Positions 1-13,873 are shown, counted from the first letter of the stretch. The stretch: 64,000 nucleotides of DNA from Chlorokybus atmophyticus (GCA_009103225.1 RHPI01002204.1:62001-126000), one strand, 5' to 3'. Notes: generated by a model from the sequence alone, not told the origin. Program-made: numbers and translations.

Positions 1-770
1 TGAAGGGAAGGAAACCCTCTCCAGCTTCTCCCCCTTGAGCTGTCCACCTGCACCGTCCAGCCTGTAGCGCGCAACAACAATGGCGGCGGCGGCAGCAGCG
101 GTGGTGACGACGGCGGTGGTGACGACTTCACGGATGTCGCTGTGCTTATCGCCGTTTTGCCGCCGGATTTTTACAACCGTCGACCACCGACCACCGAACT
201 TTGACACAGGAGCAACGTCGACGGACGTGACGACCAGATGAGGGACACTTTTCAGGTCCGGTCGTAGATTACTATTGATAATGCTGTCACAGCGAAGGCA
301 ACAGTTGTTGCTGCTGAAAGGTCATATAGCCTGTAGGCTACATGTGACCAATGTGTTTCAACAATATCATGATGTTCGAGTTCGAGCTCAGCACAGATGA
401 CAACACAGCACACCAGCATTATTGGACGCCGTAGCCTCAGGGAGGCTCCGCANNNNNNCCCCCCCTCTCTCTCTCTCTCTCTCAGTGTCCCATTGTCAAC
501 TTCCAACAACACACACTTGGTTAAGATATGTTGAAAGATATAAACTTGATTGTAGAGATATTAGCAACAGCTGCTGATGACGCATTTGAATCTGAGACCA
601 CGTAATGCTCATAAGAAACACGATAGGAAGAATTCAAAAATGCGACCGCTTCGCTCGTCTCAAATTGCCATTCGTGCAAAATACATGCAATGTTGTCACT
701 GTGACTCACACGACATACATATCATATGCATCTACCAACCACACCACACGTCAACCAAGCAACCATTGAT

Positions 771-842
771 AACCACCGCGTTATATATACACGTTAGCTG
801 CCTACACTACAGCCCTTACCTTGTTAGCTAAGCATGCATGCA
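771..842 (-). repeat. Degenerate copy of dispersed intergenic repeat family (GCATGC..CTAAC ... CGGTGGT)
   Basis: Reverse complement reads tgcatgcatgcttagctaac..gggctgtagtgtaggcagc..cgcggtggtta, colinear with the copy at 19650 (gcatgcttgtatgtctaac..gggct..tagtgtagcaagcagc..cccggtggtta). Confidence 0.35.
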
Positions 843-965
843 TGGTCCATGGTTACCTGCCACACCGCCATTAGTTTGTGTGTATTATGGTGATTTACTG
901 AGCATATACATTCCGTGTATGTACGCGCATCGTAAAACTTTTACGATGCGGGTACATTTACAACT

Positions 966-1193
966 TATCGTATTCACTTGAACAGAAGCCCCCCCTCCGC
1001 CCCCCTCCCCCCCTGTATACAAGCCCGTATACAAGCCGCCTGGGCAAAAAGGGGTGGTGGGCCTATGTAAAAGACGCCTTTTTACGGGCAAAAATAGGCT
1101 CAATTAAAGCCCCCCCTCCCCCCCCCCCCCCNTACCGAGAAACAAGGGTGCGGGGCTTATGTTCAAAGTGGGGGCTTGTGTTGGAGTACAGTA
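966..1193. mobile_element. Degenerate Tc2/pogo-like MITE
   Basis: TA at both ends. Left end TATCGTATTCACTTGAACAGAAGCCCC; right end reverse-complements to TACTGTACTCCAACACAAGCCCC, with a subterminal CACTTTGAACATAAGCCCC and internal TATACAAGCC repeats. No coding capacity. Confidence 0.4.
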
Positions 1194-1692
1194 ACGTATG
1201 TATAGTGTACATAAGTTGTTAGCACATGCGTGACTTGAAGCATACATTGTGCTAATGGCGAAAATTACTGTTGATAAAATGGCTTTGGAGGGACAATCCT
1301 GCAATTTTAATGTTTGGAAGAAGCGTGTATTGACCATGCATCATCTGCGGCTCATCATGCAGGAGCGGCCGACCATGTTATGCATGACACGAAGGAATGA
1401 CAAACCATGCATTATAAGAAGGAACATTGTCCTGCTATCAAGGTAGTATACGCTCAGAACCACTTCAAGAACGACCCACTGCCAACATTTTATCTCAGAT
1501 AGTGCCCTCGACAGAAAATGCTCTCCATAAACCAAATGCCTTGTTCAACAAACCAGCAATGCCGGGCAACCTATCTGCATTACACAGCCAAAGCCGGTTG
1601 CGCGGATGTTTCCTGTTTACATTTTGAGTGCTGCGAGGAAGGCAACACGTGCTGGCATCAACAATCTATCTCAAGTTCGTTGGCAATGTACA

Positions 1693-4054
1693 CTATGCAT
1701 TACAAGTTTGCGCAGCTGTTTGAACTTCGGACACAAGGCTATCAACAGCGGGCAAGGGTGTGGTGAGGTCAGAGATGGGTCTGAAGGCGGGCAGGTCCTT
1801 GGGCATGCGAGGTGGGTGTTGAAAGTCAGGCCCAAAGTTGAATCGCACGGCGGCGGGCTTCTCCTGGTCCGGCATCGTGTACATAGATGCGGCGGGGAAG
1901 TACTCGCCCTCCTCGATGTCCGCGTACGCCACGCTTTGGTAAACCCCATTCTTGAAGAATGCCACTATGCTGCTCTTTAACTTGTCAGGCGGTGACGTTT
2001 TCTGCATCCACGCATACAGATCATTCAACTATGGGTGCTTCAATATCACACACGCCATAACAACAATCAGACTTTGTATACTCAACACAATGCCACAAGA
2101 CGGTAGCATTGTACCCTGTGCACAACAGTACATGTCCCAGCAACTACCAAACAAGACTTTAATCAAGACAGCAATACATGAAAGTGGGAAACTGTCAGGC
2201 TATTCGTCCCTTGTTGCATGCATTTCCTGTGTCACAGTCATGCAGAGACGTTCTGCATGTTTTGGAAAACAGGCTGCACGACAACCGTTATGTCACAGGC
2301 AGAGACTAAGCAGTAGTACTTTCTCACCTGTTCGTCTTCTGGGCGGATGACATAGAACTTCTCGCCTTTGACGGTGGTGGTAGGAAGGCGTTTGGGTGGC
2401 GGCTGAGCTCCGTAGGGGATGTGAATATAGCAGCCCACAACATCACCCTCGCCGTATGACTCCCCATACGGTTCGCGCAGCGCCGCGCTCACCTTGCTGC
2501 CCTCCAGGTCCCGGTACGCGTAGCTCCCGCTGTCAAACCCCACTGGCGTCTGCAGTCAATGAGCATATGTAGGTTTTTAAATATCAACCTCACAAAGATG
2601 CCAAGATAGCACTGTGCATGTACGGAGCCAATGGATGTTGCACCTCAGCAGTCTTGCGCATGTGGTGTTTGGCGTATGATACACCACAACACAGCATGGT
2701 TGTTGCACAATAGACCCCAGCATAAACACGCAAACAGGGCAGTATGCTTGTGTCAGTAACCATTACTAAAGTTGGTCGCAAAATCAATGTCTAGTTGAGG
2801 CAGTCTAGCGTGACTTGTCTATGGTACTCATACTATACCTGAAGGTCGGCACGAGGGGTGCTCCAGCCGAGGCGGACATGGCCGGTATCGCCCAAGTGCA
2901 GGACCTGGATTTCAAAGTACCACGAGCCCTCATGCACGCCGCGTGTGGCCCTCGCCGCGCGGTACCCCTTTGTTGATGTTGCAGTCAGACGGTCCTCCGA
3001 CAGCTCTATCTGCGCGGCTTTGTCTGTGGATGATATCCGCACCACGCTGCGGCCCTGCGCACCAAGTGAAGGTGCGCATGTATTATTTTTTGACAAACAA
3101 CGCATGTACCCTTTGGTAGACTTGTTTTTTACCTGCCACTAGGAACTACAGTAGATAGATTAGTAAAATGAAAGAAATGCAACACAACTCTGCATACTCA
3201 GCTGCATGACTCAATCAGGACACACTACTTGCTCCTGAGTCATGCCATGGTTAAAACCGCATGCAATGCCTAACTGTAACAAAAAGACAATCTGGGTATA
3301 ATCGAGGAATAGCAATGTCCAACATAGCATAGCATGCGGTGACGTTAACATATAATGCTATAGTAGATGTGCCACTGCATACACCAGCTTGTGCACAGCA
3401 CAGCTGTAGCTTTGCTTTTTCGGTTTGCGCAAAGCATGCTTTAGAGGTAGCAAAGCTGTGAAGAATGGGTGGTAACAAAAGTCTAACCTCAGGCGTGTCG
3501 TCATCGGATTTGGGTACAGGCACCAGCCGGACATTGTCGCCGTTGAGGCCGTTGGCAGCCGCTGCGGCGGCGGCGGCAGCTGCGGCGGCGGCAGCGTCGT
3601 CCCTGCCCTTACTCCTGGCCTTGCCCTTGCCCTTGCCCCGCTTCACGCTGAAATTGGGCCCAGACCGCTTTTTCCTCTTCGCCGGAGGCTTCCCGCCGCC
3701 CGCAGCAGCACCGCCTTTGCGCTTTGCGTTAGCCGCCCCCGCCGCCCCCGCCTGCTGGTCGTCATTCTCCTCCTCCTTCTCGTCCCCCGCTGCCTCCTCC
3801 GCCTCTCTCTCCTCCTGCACCTTCTCCGCCTTCACCTGCGCCTGGGCCTCCGCCTGCGCAGGCTGCTCTCCACCCTCCTGCGGCGGAGGCGGCGGATGAG
3901 GATGCGCAGCGACAGCTTCCTCTGCCGCCTGCTTCGCCTTGCTGCCGTCCGGCCGGACTTGGCCTACCTCCTTCCGCTCCGCAGCCTCCTGCTGAGGGTT
4001 GACCTGCGCCGCTTGCACCTCCGCCTCCGCCTTCGCCTGGTCCTCTCCCGCCAT
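1693..4054 (-). CDS. ASH2L: ASH2L/TRAUCO-like COMPASS subunit (SPRY domain)
   Basis: In-frame exons 4054-3488, 3054-2839, 2549-2328, 2001-1693 with GT-AG introns. Motifs [69 protein letters not shown] match plant TRO/ASH2. Confidence 0.92.
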
Positions 4055-5210
4055 CACCGCCCGTAGTCGAACGGCAATACTGTGCTGCGGAGTTCGAATT
4101 CGAAAGCGTCCTCTCGCGCATGCGTTGCACCTTGCAGCTGCGGGCTTTCTCACTCTCTTATGACGGGCATGCGAGCGTTTGATGGTCAGCTTCTGCGGTG
4201 CCTAACCACACAACAACAACCCGTACAGCACTTACATGCAAGGGGCGTCGGCCACTGCCCTACGCTCGCATCGTTTCTTAAACGCCACGTCTCCCTCCGT
4301 AATCAGGGGCACGCGTGCAGGAGGCCCCAACTGGGCATCGCATGCACTGCTGCACCTCCTCGCTGAAGCAATGCCCATGTTTCCGCTCACTGCAGCACAC
4401 ACGCCCCTCTGCTGGCATAACAGCATGCCAAAGTCGCTGAACCTCCGCCATGGCAACGCCCAACAATAAACCGCCTCAAGCTTGCTTACGCACATCTTAA
4501 GGAGTTTATGAAAGTCCTCGACCAAAATGCGAGTCTACGCCGTCAGTGGGATGAAGGTGTCAATCAGTGGGTGTCCCTTGTACTTCCTTCGCTTGCTCCG
4601 CCTAGCAACGCTCGCACATTTGCCGCAGCCCATGACCGTCACGCTAGGAAGTGGACGCCAGTCACGACGGCTGCTTGGCACTTGCTGCCATGTTGCAGAA
4701 CGGCAATATAGCAGCACAGCCAATGCACGCAGACACGATTGATGACAGGGTGTAAACAAGTTGCACGGCTGATATGCGGCTGAGATGTGCTGATGTTATC
4801 GCTTCCCCTTCTGCCCTTCTGCGCTTCTGCTGCATGCTGCCTCTGAGCCCGCGTATGCATGGACATGCAATGCGCGTGGCATATGGCGTGGTTGCGACTC
4901 GATGATTATGCACAGCCTTTGCATATGCACGTGCATGGAGTGTGTTGCTGTACAGAACATACCTTGCATTCTATGTGCAGCACTCGCCCGCAAAGAATTC
5001 GTGCACTTGGACACAGTGACAACCACAAGGCAAAGCCTGTGGGAGGTCAGATGGATGACCCTGATGTCTGCGCATTGCTGCAGTGCATGATAGTGCTTTC
5101 ATCAACATGCCATGTCTCGGCCAAGCAAGGTGTATGGTGCAACACGAACGGCAGACAGCACTGCATGCGCAAGATGGTGCTCCAGCTGAAAGCGGCAGCG
5201 GTGACCAAGT

Positions 5211-8200
5211 TCAACCCATTTTGTTTTGTATGAGCCGGTGAATGTGACACAAATACTCCACGTAAGACATGCCCGACTGTGTGCGATCCTCTATCAACTG
5301 GGCAAAGAACAGAGCTTCGGATGGATCCGCTCGCTTGGCAAGACGCAGCCGGAGGTACGATGCACGCTGCCTTCGCACCTCATTCAACACATCATGAACC
5401 TGCCATTCACAGAGAGTAATCAGCACGACTAATCAATGCCTTGATACATGAAGGATGGTATACACATCAGCGCGTGACAAGCAATGCAAGAAGATTGAAC
5501 CAGAAGCAGGCTTGCTCACCTGTCTTGAGAGATCGTTGTTGAACATTTGCAGTACAAACATGTTGGGTTTGATATGATCTACGGTAGGCGCGCCAAAAAC
5601 CTGCTGCAGCGCTTCTGGATTAGCCGCGCGGCCAACCCATAGCAGTGCCTCATCGCTGTTCTCCAGCAGAAACAGTCCATCATGATCGAGCTTCTCGCTG
5701 GACAGTGACAGCACGGGCGGGAGCACTCCCCGCGCAGTTTCCTCTTTGGACGGCATTTGATGCAATGCTAGCAACCTCGGGTACACCATTGGCACGCACA
5801 TTGCTGCAGGAAGATGCCATATCCGCGACAGCCAATAAAGCCGCTCATCTACTCGCACCTGACATAAGCAAACAGTAGAGGTATAGCATATACCAGTCAT
5901 CACAAAGGGGGGGGGGGTGTAGGAAAACGTTTGTATTGCATAATGGCTGCAGCTTGCATACACACAACTCGAGTATACATTACCACCCAACAGGCAACAA
6001 CCACATCGCTGTACACTACTGCTTCTTGGCTTTCATGAGGCTCTAAATCGCTTGAGAGCTGCTGTAACCTCAGGCCAACAACATACCTCATTGCGCAGGC
6101 CTGTACTCTTGAAAAGTGCCAGACTGTACAATGGCAAAAGCTTCAGCGCCTCTGGCAAGATCAGTTGGCCTGTGCTTGAAGCAGTTGCACAGTACTTCCG
6201 GTATGCGTGTAGAATGGCGACTGTCTGTGCTGTCATGTTCTCGCGTACTGTTTGCAGCGGTGAGGACGGTACCTGCAGAGTCAACAGCAAGCAATGGTTG
6301 GCATTTGCAAAAGTACAGCTGGACACAAACCGCTGGGGCAGGTGTACCTGCTGCACAGCATGCCTGCACATATGAGTGAACTGTGCATCCAGGTCTGCAC
6401 CCCGGAAGCAATTGGCCAGCACAGAAGTTGCAGGCAGCGACAACGTGTGTATTCGAATCCTCCTCTCTCCCTCGATTGTAGTATACAGCAGCGCACATTG
6501 GAGGCACACCTGCAACATAACTTGCCAACTCAGAACACGGAATGGCATTCATTGCAAAAGAATTGCAGGCAGAGCAACAATGACGCAAAAAGAGCATACC
6601 AGCCACGACACCGCCAACACTGACCACTTGGTTGTGCCATCCAACCATTAAGCTCACCTCTTGGTGTTCAGAGAGCTTGTCATCATGCTTGAAGGTGACT
6701 GTGAAGGTCTTGTCGCAATCCACAGCTGGAAGGTCCACATCAATGGCATTCCGCTTGCAGTAGTTGCCCATGTACTCGACTACACTGAGTCCCGAACTGC
6801 ATCGCACGCGCATGATAGCTTCAAAGCCTTGCGGGCGCACCACGTTCCACCTCACATCGTTGAACAGCTTTGCAGAGTCTTGCGCCGGATTGAATGGATA
6901 GTAGTAGTATACCTATGCATGCAACAAGGGCAAGTCAAAAACTGTGTGACAACCAAGCTATGCAAAGCACGATTGCACGACATTGCATGCAATACCTGGC
7001 CACCCGTAACGCGCGGGACAACGCTGAGGGACGCAATATCCACATTTGTGCCACAAGTCAAGAATAGGTCAATTGAAAGCTGGCACTCCGCACAATCCTG
7101 GGCCAGCTTTCCGAGCTGATTATCTACAGGAGCAAACAACTTGGTCTCGCGATCACCAGACATTGCTTTGTCTGCATCGCGCATGGGGCATGCACCAGGC
7201 CCAACGGAGGGACGCACTGTGTGCACATTGGGTGTAAGTTGAAACACGAGATGCATGAACCTTGCATCCCAACCAGCCAAGAGAAGGGAAAATACCTGAT
7301 TGAAAAACCATCACTCTGCCTCCTTGGTCTTTGAGAACGCACAATGCCCCCTGGATGGCTGCGCCCATAGCTGACTCACCAATGCGCGTGCTGGCAAACA
7401 TGGCTGGTATGCCCTCACAAAGCCGCTGTATCAGCTCTTTACACTGCAACCCCGTCAAGTATTAGCACCTACACAGCGGCTGCATACAGTCAAATAGTAG
7501 TGCAGAACAATGCCTGTTACCTCTCCGAGCGGCACAACCAAGAACTTGGGTATTGGGCAGTACATGTCGTTGATGTCAGGAACAACTAGCATTTGGGCCT
7601 GTCAAGCACATTCACTGAGCTCCATTCTTGCAACAGGACGTAACAGCTGGACCCATGCAAGCTGCAAGTACATACCACGTTTGATGCATTTGTCGTACCT
7701 GTGACAGTGTGGGCTTGAGGTTGTAAAAATGGACTGATGTATCATATGTGGCCACTCCAACAAGGGAACGCTCTCCGGCCTGTGCAATGTAGGAGTATGA
7801 TTTGCACAACAGTTGGCAAGTTGCATGACCAAAATGCAACAGCAGCTGCTGACACCTACTGGCAAATCATCAAGTGCTTGGCTGATTGCACTGCACGCTG
7901 CAGCGGTGGCGCCAGACGCTACTGCAGCTGCAGAAACATCTATCAAGAAGAAGTACGTGACAGTCATAGGCGGCCGACCTGGCACCTGTGTGTTGGAGTT
8001 GCTGTGAGCATCAAACCATGCGCACATGACACATACAAATACATGGATGCGCGCACAAGCAGATCACTACCATGAATTCCTTGGATGCCACAAACTCGAC
8101 ACTCCCACGCATCAGCTCAGGACGCTCTTCCGCATCTCTTCGCCGGCCATCTGCTCCAAGGTTACAGAAGTAGTCGCGAGGTGTTTCAGTCGTTGAGCCT

Positions 8201-10542
8201 AAGCACGCAACATACAGTAAGCCTGCGCGTCTGTGGGACAAGTAAACGCCAATAACCTCTGCTACACAGCTCACCACACAAGTTGCAGACAAATGATCTG
8301 CCCTGGTCAGTCCACCGGAAGAACGGGTTGATATATGCTTTACAACGGCTGCAACGGACAGGTCCACTCTCTCCAAAATCAACAACCTGAAAAGTAGCAT
8401 GTCATGCACAAGTAACCAAACTGCCGCGGCGAGCCTGCTGCAATAGCAGCCTGCCCACCAGACATTCTGTACACAGAAGCAATAACTCCTGCATATTCCC
8501 AACAGCATGACATAATGCACTGTTCACTACAAGCACATACCGGTATGGGTTCGTCGTTTGGGTCTGCAGCTAGAGGCTGCAGCACAACTGCCAAAGGCAT
8601 GCACGACGTGGATAGCAACTCCGCAGTGTAGGGAATCTGCCACCAAGAAGACTGGTCAAAACCCCCAAAACATGGCGTTGTTAGCGTCCACTTGTCTCTA
8701 GTGAGAACAGCAGATGCTCACAGTGTTCAGCGTGGATCGCATCACGTGCGGGCTGCAATTGCCAGTGTCCCTCACAATAAATGTGGTGCTGCAGGGCTGC
8801 GCAGCACAGTGTAAGTGCCTGATGGAGTTCGCATGATGTTGTGTAATCAACAGCCATGTTGGTAGCAAAGCACTGGGCGGCTGTAAAGCAACTTACTGGG
8901 GGTGGGTTATGGGCACCGTTGACGCGTGTCTCAAACACCATAGCAGTATCAGGATCGTGCTGTGCGGGACGGGGTATCTGACTGGGGTCAATGCGCGCTC
9001 CTGTAGGTGAGGTCTGACCAGGCATGGACATGGCATTGTGTTGCATGCCGTCCATGCTTGGGTACTTGCTGCCCCCAAAAGCGCCTTTGATTGCACCAGT
9101 TATGCCTCCAACAACACCCCCTCCGATTGGTGGCGGCGGTCCAGGTGCCCCAGGCCCCATAGCTCCTCCAATGGGTGGCTGAGGGACCCCCTGCACAGCG
9201 CCCTTTTGTTGTCAACAACATGCTGTCACATATTTGGTTGTGAAGTAGGACGAAGGCACAGCTGCGCAACAGCAAGAATGGCATAACTTAAACTAGCTAC
9301 TTGATAAGAACAGATCGTATCAATGAGAACAAACGTCCTCGTTGATAGCATGCACCACAAACCTCCTGACAGCACTGCAGTTTCAATGTTGATCTAAAGC
9401 CCCGTATATCCATTGAACTACAACAACTGACGAACTGAGCCTTGCTGCTGATTCACAAACAACATATTTACAAGGAAGAAGCTCAACTCTGCTTCACTGT
9501 CTGCACGTACAACCACTACATTGCGTCATCACTACTGATTGCAACAGTAGTGGTTGCTGCATGTGCCTTACTTTATGGTTGATGTCCTACGATCAACCTC
9601 ATACTGTTACTGATATTGTGCCAATGCTTCTCTACACAGCCACAAACCATAACTCACCAGGGGTGGGGCGCCAGCACCCATCGGTCCATAGCTGTTGGCG
9701 GTTGGGTACACGCGACGCATTGGACCGGCTGCAGTAGCTTTCAATGTTTCACCGTAAGGTGTTTGAGGAGTGCTTGGCTGCGATGTTTGTGCAGGTGCCT
9801 GTACTGGATACTGTTGCTGTTGCATGTGCACGGGTGCAGTTGCAGGTGCGTTTAAGTTCATGCCATGCATCGCGTGCATTGGCGGCTGCGGCCTCTGCTG
9901 ATGCTGTGCAGCTGCGGTTGGTTGCATGCCGGGCGGCATTGGCATTGGCATGGGAGGCCTCACACTGGACACAGCCGGGCCGGGCATGCTTGAACCTGGT
10001 TGTTCTGCTCGAGGAGGACCTTGCATTGCCCCAGGAGGTCGCTGCTGTTGCATGGGCACCTGGCCTTGGGCAAATGGGCGTGGTCCCTGAGGTCGCATCA
10101 ACGGGCTTGGGCCAGGCATGGGGGGTCCACCAGGCTGGATCGGACCAACTCCCGGGCCTGATGGTCCAACGCCCGGAGGCCTGGGACCTGGTCCCAGCAT
10201 TGGGCCTGGAGGACCCACGCTGGGTGCGGACCCAGCAGGATAGCCAGGCATGCCAGGTACACCTGGAGGGAGAGCTGCACCTGGAGGGAACTGACCGGGA
10301 GGACCAGATCCTGGAGAAGGCGGCGGGCCTCCTGGACGCACTTGCGGCGGCGGTCCGCCTCCATAGAAGCCCCGCGGACCTACGGCAGGCGCTCCTGGCG
10401 CTCCTGGTGCACCGGGCGGCGGCGGTTGTCCCGGACCAAGCGGTCGAGCCGGAGGAGCACCAGGGAATGCCGGCGGCTGCCCAGGCGGACCAGGCTGCTG
10501 CTGGCCGGCCCAGGGCTGCGGCTGCCCTGGCGCCGGCCGCAT
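5211..10542 (-). CDS. SEC24: COPII coat subunit SEC24 (SEC24C/D type), Pro/Gly-rich N-terminus
   Basis: Many exons: P-rich N-terminus; VRDTGNCSP..RSTLN; YFCNLGADGRRRDAEERPELMRGSVEFVA; YFFLIDVS; FEAIMRVRCSSGL; QCALLYTTIEGERRIRIHT; GQLILPEALKLLPLY; C-terminus LIEDRTQSGMSYVEYLCHIHRLIQNKMG*. Confidence 0.95.
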
Positions 10543-10740
10543 CTCTCCCCCTCGCTTCACCTTCTCCTTCTCCTTGTCTGCCCCCTTATCCGCCTCTTCC
10601 GCCGCCGCCGGCGCGGGGCCCGCCTGGTTGTTAACTCCGCACTGCCATCAACCCTAATCCATGCCACGTGGAAAGCCGCGATTTGTGAGTACTTGCTGCC
10701 AGCAAGTTGTTGTTGGCCTGAGCCATGCATGGGTCATGGT

Positions 10741-10808
10741 CCATGACTCATGGGGTTCATAGGTACAGCTACAGGTAGCATACCATGACTCATGGGGTTA
10801 ATAGGTAC
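10741..10808. promoter_or_regulatory. 26-bp direct repeat, each copy carrying ATGACTCAT (GCN4/AP-1-type bZIP site), upstream of SEC24
   Basis: ccatgactcatggggtt(c/a)ataggtac at 10741-10766 and 10783-10808 (25/26 identical), about 200-265 bp upstream of the SEC24 ATG. The repeat is seen; a regulatory role is inferred. Confidence 0.45.
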
Positions 10809-11654
10809 TTGCTGCGCAACGGCACATATGTTTGTGCGATTGTTTTCTTTACAAATGGATCGCATGAGCACACTTGCAGTAACTTCATAGAGTGATGTTG
10901 CATACAGGTTGTCTTGAATATTGCAATGTCAATCACAATGCACATATAAGTATAAGACAATGCACATCGGTCAACCAAACTCGCACAATAACAAATTTAG
11001 CCCGATACCATATACCCTATTTACAATGTTGTCTGATGAATTTAATGACTTTTGCTACTATATATTGGTTATAGTCAAATGGTTAAAGTGTTATGTTACA
11101 CGCAAAAAGACAGATGCACTTGTTGCAAGTGTTGTGAATATCTGAAGTAGTAATCATTTGGTATATGATACTTGCTACCAAATTGTGCTAAAAGGTAGTT
11201 TAATCTGCACATTGATCTGTTGGCATGAGGATACACGCAATAGTCACACCAGTCACGCGGCTGATTGCTATTTCGTTCCGTATACTAATATAAATGCACG
11301 TGGCATAGTACACAACAAATAAGGGCCCGGCATGTCTCCTTTACATGGTGCACGCCGAACTCTTAAGAATTCAACCCTTCAACGCAGTGAGGTCATGTAT
11401 CATACAGAACACACAACGCATTGTGTGTTCTGTACATTCATGGCACAAAATGCACACACGGCATGTTGGGTAGAAAGATGCGACCGCTTACGAATGCAAC
11501 ACATGGAGAGAGGCCCTCTTGGAGAGGGACGGAGAGAGGGAGGAAGGGAGTCTGCGCGTTCGTCTCTACGTATGTCACTGCCATTTTGCCGGCTGTGGGA
11601 TTGACCATCCGCTGCGATGGTGGTGTGTACAGATAAAACATTGAGTATGCACGT

Positions 11655-11825
11655 GCATGCACGTCTAGTGGGAACAAGCAATAGTACTAGAGTAGTGGAT
11701 GCGCAGAGAGAGACTGTGATAGCCCGGTGGTGGTTTAAGTCATGTATGATTGTGACTGCCGTGCGTGCTATGTTGAAACATTGTCATGCATATTGCACAG
11801 CACCTCACATAGCCTATATATACAC
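11655..11825 (+). repeat. Copy of dispersed intergenic repeat family
   Basis: gcatgcacgtctag (11663), agcccggtggt (11723), cctatatatacac (11815): same order and similar spacing as the copies at 19650 and 32150. Confidence 0.35.
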
Positions 11826-12238
11826 TTTGCTCATGACAATCAGCAAGCCCAATCCAACAATAAACGGTCGCCTGTGTCAATTCAAAGTCATGCCATAGAT
11901 GCCCCATAGCCTCAGCATACTCAACCGAAATTTTGCAATCCGAGCACCGCTAAGCAGACTGTGTAGCGATGTAGCAGTGCCACAAACATCACTGCTCGTT
12001 GACATTGCTGATACAAGGCAAGCCACTGCAGCTTGATCCCATGATTGTGCTCAGGTGGCGGACAGTGTCCACCACCCACACTCTACTGACAGATGCGGCT
12101 TTGGTATTGCCAGCGTGCACATACAGCAGTTCAGCTGTTGCCGTAACCTCTGGTTGGAGGCAACAGCTGAACTAGTCCGATGCAACCTTCTAGTGACACA
12201 AACCGGGAGAGGGGGGGGGAGGGGGAGCGCGCGGGATC

Positions 12239-13873
12239 CTATGATGCCGCATCTTCTAGATCATCATCAATAAGCACATCCTCATCGTCTTCATCATCAA
12301 CATCTTCTTCAGCGGTCTGCAAATTCACAGCTTACTGAGTGAATTTTCAGCAAATTTGACAGCCAGCGACGGGAATATGATATGACACCAATAGTACATG
12401 CAGCCACCAGGACAGTATGATGTGAACACGTACCTCAACAAGTACCTCCTCGTCATCTCCTGTCATGTCAGCTGCACTGTACACACGCTGCATCATGCCC
12501 CTTTCGTACTCGACCTTGTCTGCTTGCCGAGCAGCACTGCGCTCTGGGTCTGATCTCATGGGAACCACATCGTCATCATCTTCAACATCCTCGTCCTCCA
12601 TGATTCCATTGGTTATTTGCCATATATCTTTGCGAATGGCTTCATCTATTGTAACACGCCTTGCCCGAGTTCGCAGAGGCCTACTGACTTCCGCCTGTGT
12701 CGATGGTTGCATTGAGGTTACTCGCGGCAAACGCCAAAGTGGACCACCATTTACTTTGATACAAACCCTGCACAGATACAATAAGCATGTGGGGACAAAG
12801 AACATACCGCAACATCTGCGACACTCTCTCCTGAGTGTATGATGATGTTGGGGAACTCATCGTTGTAGTCCTCCTCCCTGTTGATGGCATTGAGGTTGTC
12901 ATACGTTAAGAACCACTCATGAAGATGCAACTTGAGCTTGCTGCACTTACAGATCTGAGGAAATGTCTGGTACCAGAAGCTTCAACTCAAGAGGCAAACG
13001 GTACCGATACGGGTCTCTCACAGCCTGTTGTGACGTATTCAATAGGAGACTGCAGCACAAGAAGCGCAGAGCAAGGGCACGAACAGCATGCCAACTGTAC
13101 AGAATGCGTACACTTACTGTGATCTGAACAATGACGCGGTCATTGACATGCAGCTTGTCTCGCAGATTGTACCAATCCCCCTCCTTGATTCTTGCACACC
13201 TGGTAGAGGCTGTCAGTTGCAGACACACGCACACTATGGAAAGCAAGTGCAGTAGTGCACTAACCCGTCGTACTGACAGCCGACATCGATGAATGCGCCG
13301 CGATACAGATTTATAGCTGCTATTTCTCCTGCTACAACCTGAAACCCCAAAAGTGCCATCAGTTGCCACAGGCAATCAATGTTGAAGGTGACAATACGAG
13401 ACTCTGCGGCAACTGAGATGACCGCAGCAGAACTTCGCATCCTGTTTAAAGACAGCTGGTGCCAGTGCTCATCGATGTGTGAATTACGTCGAACCAATGT
13501 CACCGTGTGGCATTCTGCAGATATGCGTTGCATGCAACAATGTGCAAACGCAACGGCAGGTAGTAACAATGCAGCATTGCATTCATTCATACTCCACCTG
13601 CCCAACTTTGAGTTGATCCAGTGGGGTGCGACCAATATCATCTTCTCTTCTGGCAGAGGGATCCCTGTAGTCGGTAGTTTCAGCCCAGCCGTGAGCAGCA
13701 GAAACTCGTAACCGCCTCAGCCCTGCCAGGCCACTGCTAGCTTTTCTTGGAGCAGCTGCAGGAACAGCCAGACCCCTGACCCTAAAGCCCCCTGGACCTG
13801 TTCTTGGCCTCTGCTTTGAAGCACCCACTCCGCTCGACAACCCATAGGACGTCCCTACAGTAGCCGCATGCAT
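12239..13873 (-). CDS. pTAC10/PAP3-like plastid S1-domain protein (short form)
   Basis: Transit-peptide-like N-terminus, then NLYRGAFIDVGCQYDG..IKEGDWYNLRDKLHVNDRVIVQITAVRDPYRYRLPLELKLLVPDI..FPNIII. This parallels pTAC10 LYHGAFVDIGGVYDG..IKGNDW..VIVEITAKRDPYRFRFPLELRF (recalled). Acidic C-terminal exon ending DAAS*. Confidence 0.75.

Noticed and set aside
80-241. 53-codon ORF MAAAAAAVVTT at the window start
   Set aside because: Low-complexity GC-rich sequence; strand and frame cannot be established at the window edge.
4100-5200. Short ORFs between ASH2L and SEC24 as an extra gene
   Set aside because: No recognisable motif or consistent exon chain.
8654-8687. Similarity of gtcaaaacccccaaaacatggcgttgttagcg to 34387-34440
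   Set aside because: Lies in an ordinary SEC24 intron (includes the branch point); short and gapped, compatible with chance.
9744-10634. 296-aa plus-strand ORF (also 3465-3899 and similar)
   Set aside because: Antisense shadows of GC-rich, low-complexity exons of SEC24 and ASH2L.
11400-11681. ORF ending CAFCAMNVQNTQCVVC, like a RanBP2 zinc finger
   Set aside because: Spacing does not fit the consensus, the Trp is missing, and Cys codons are common in TG-rich DNA.
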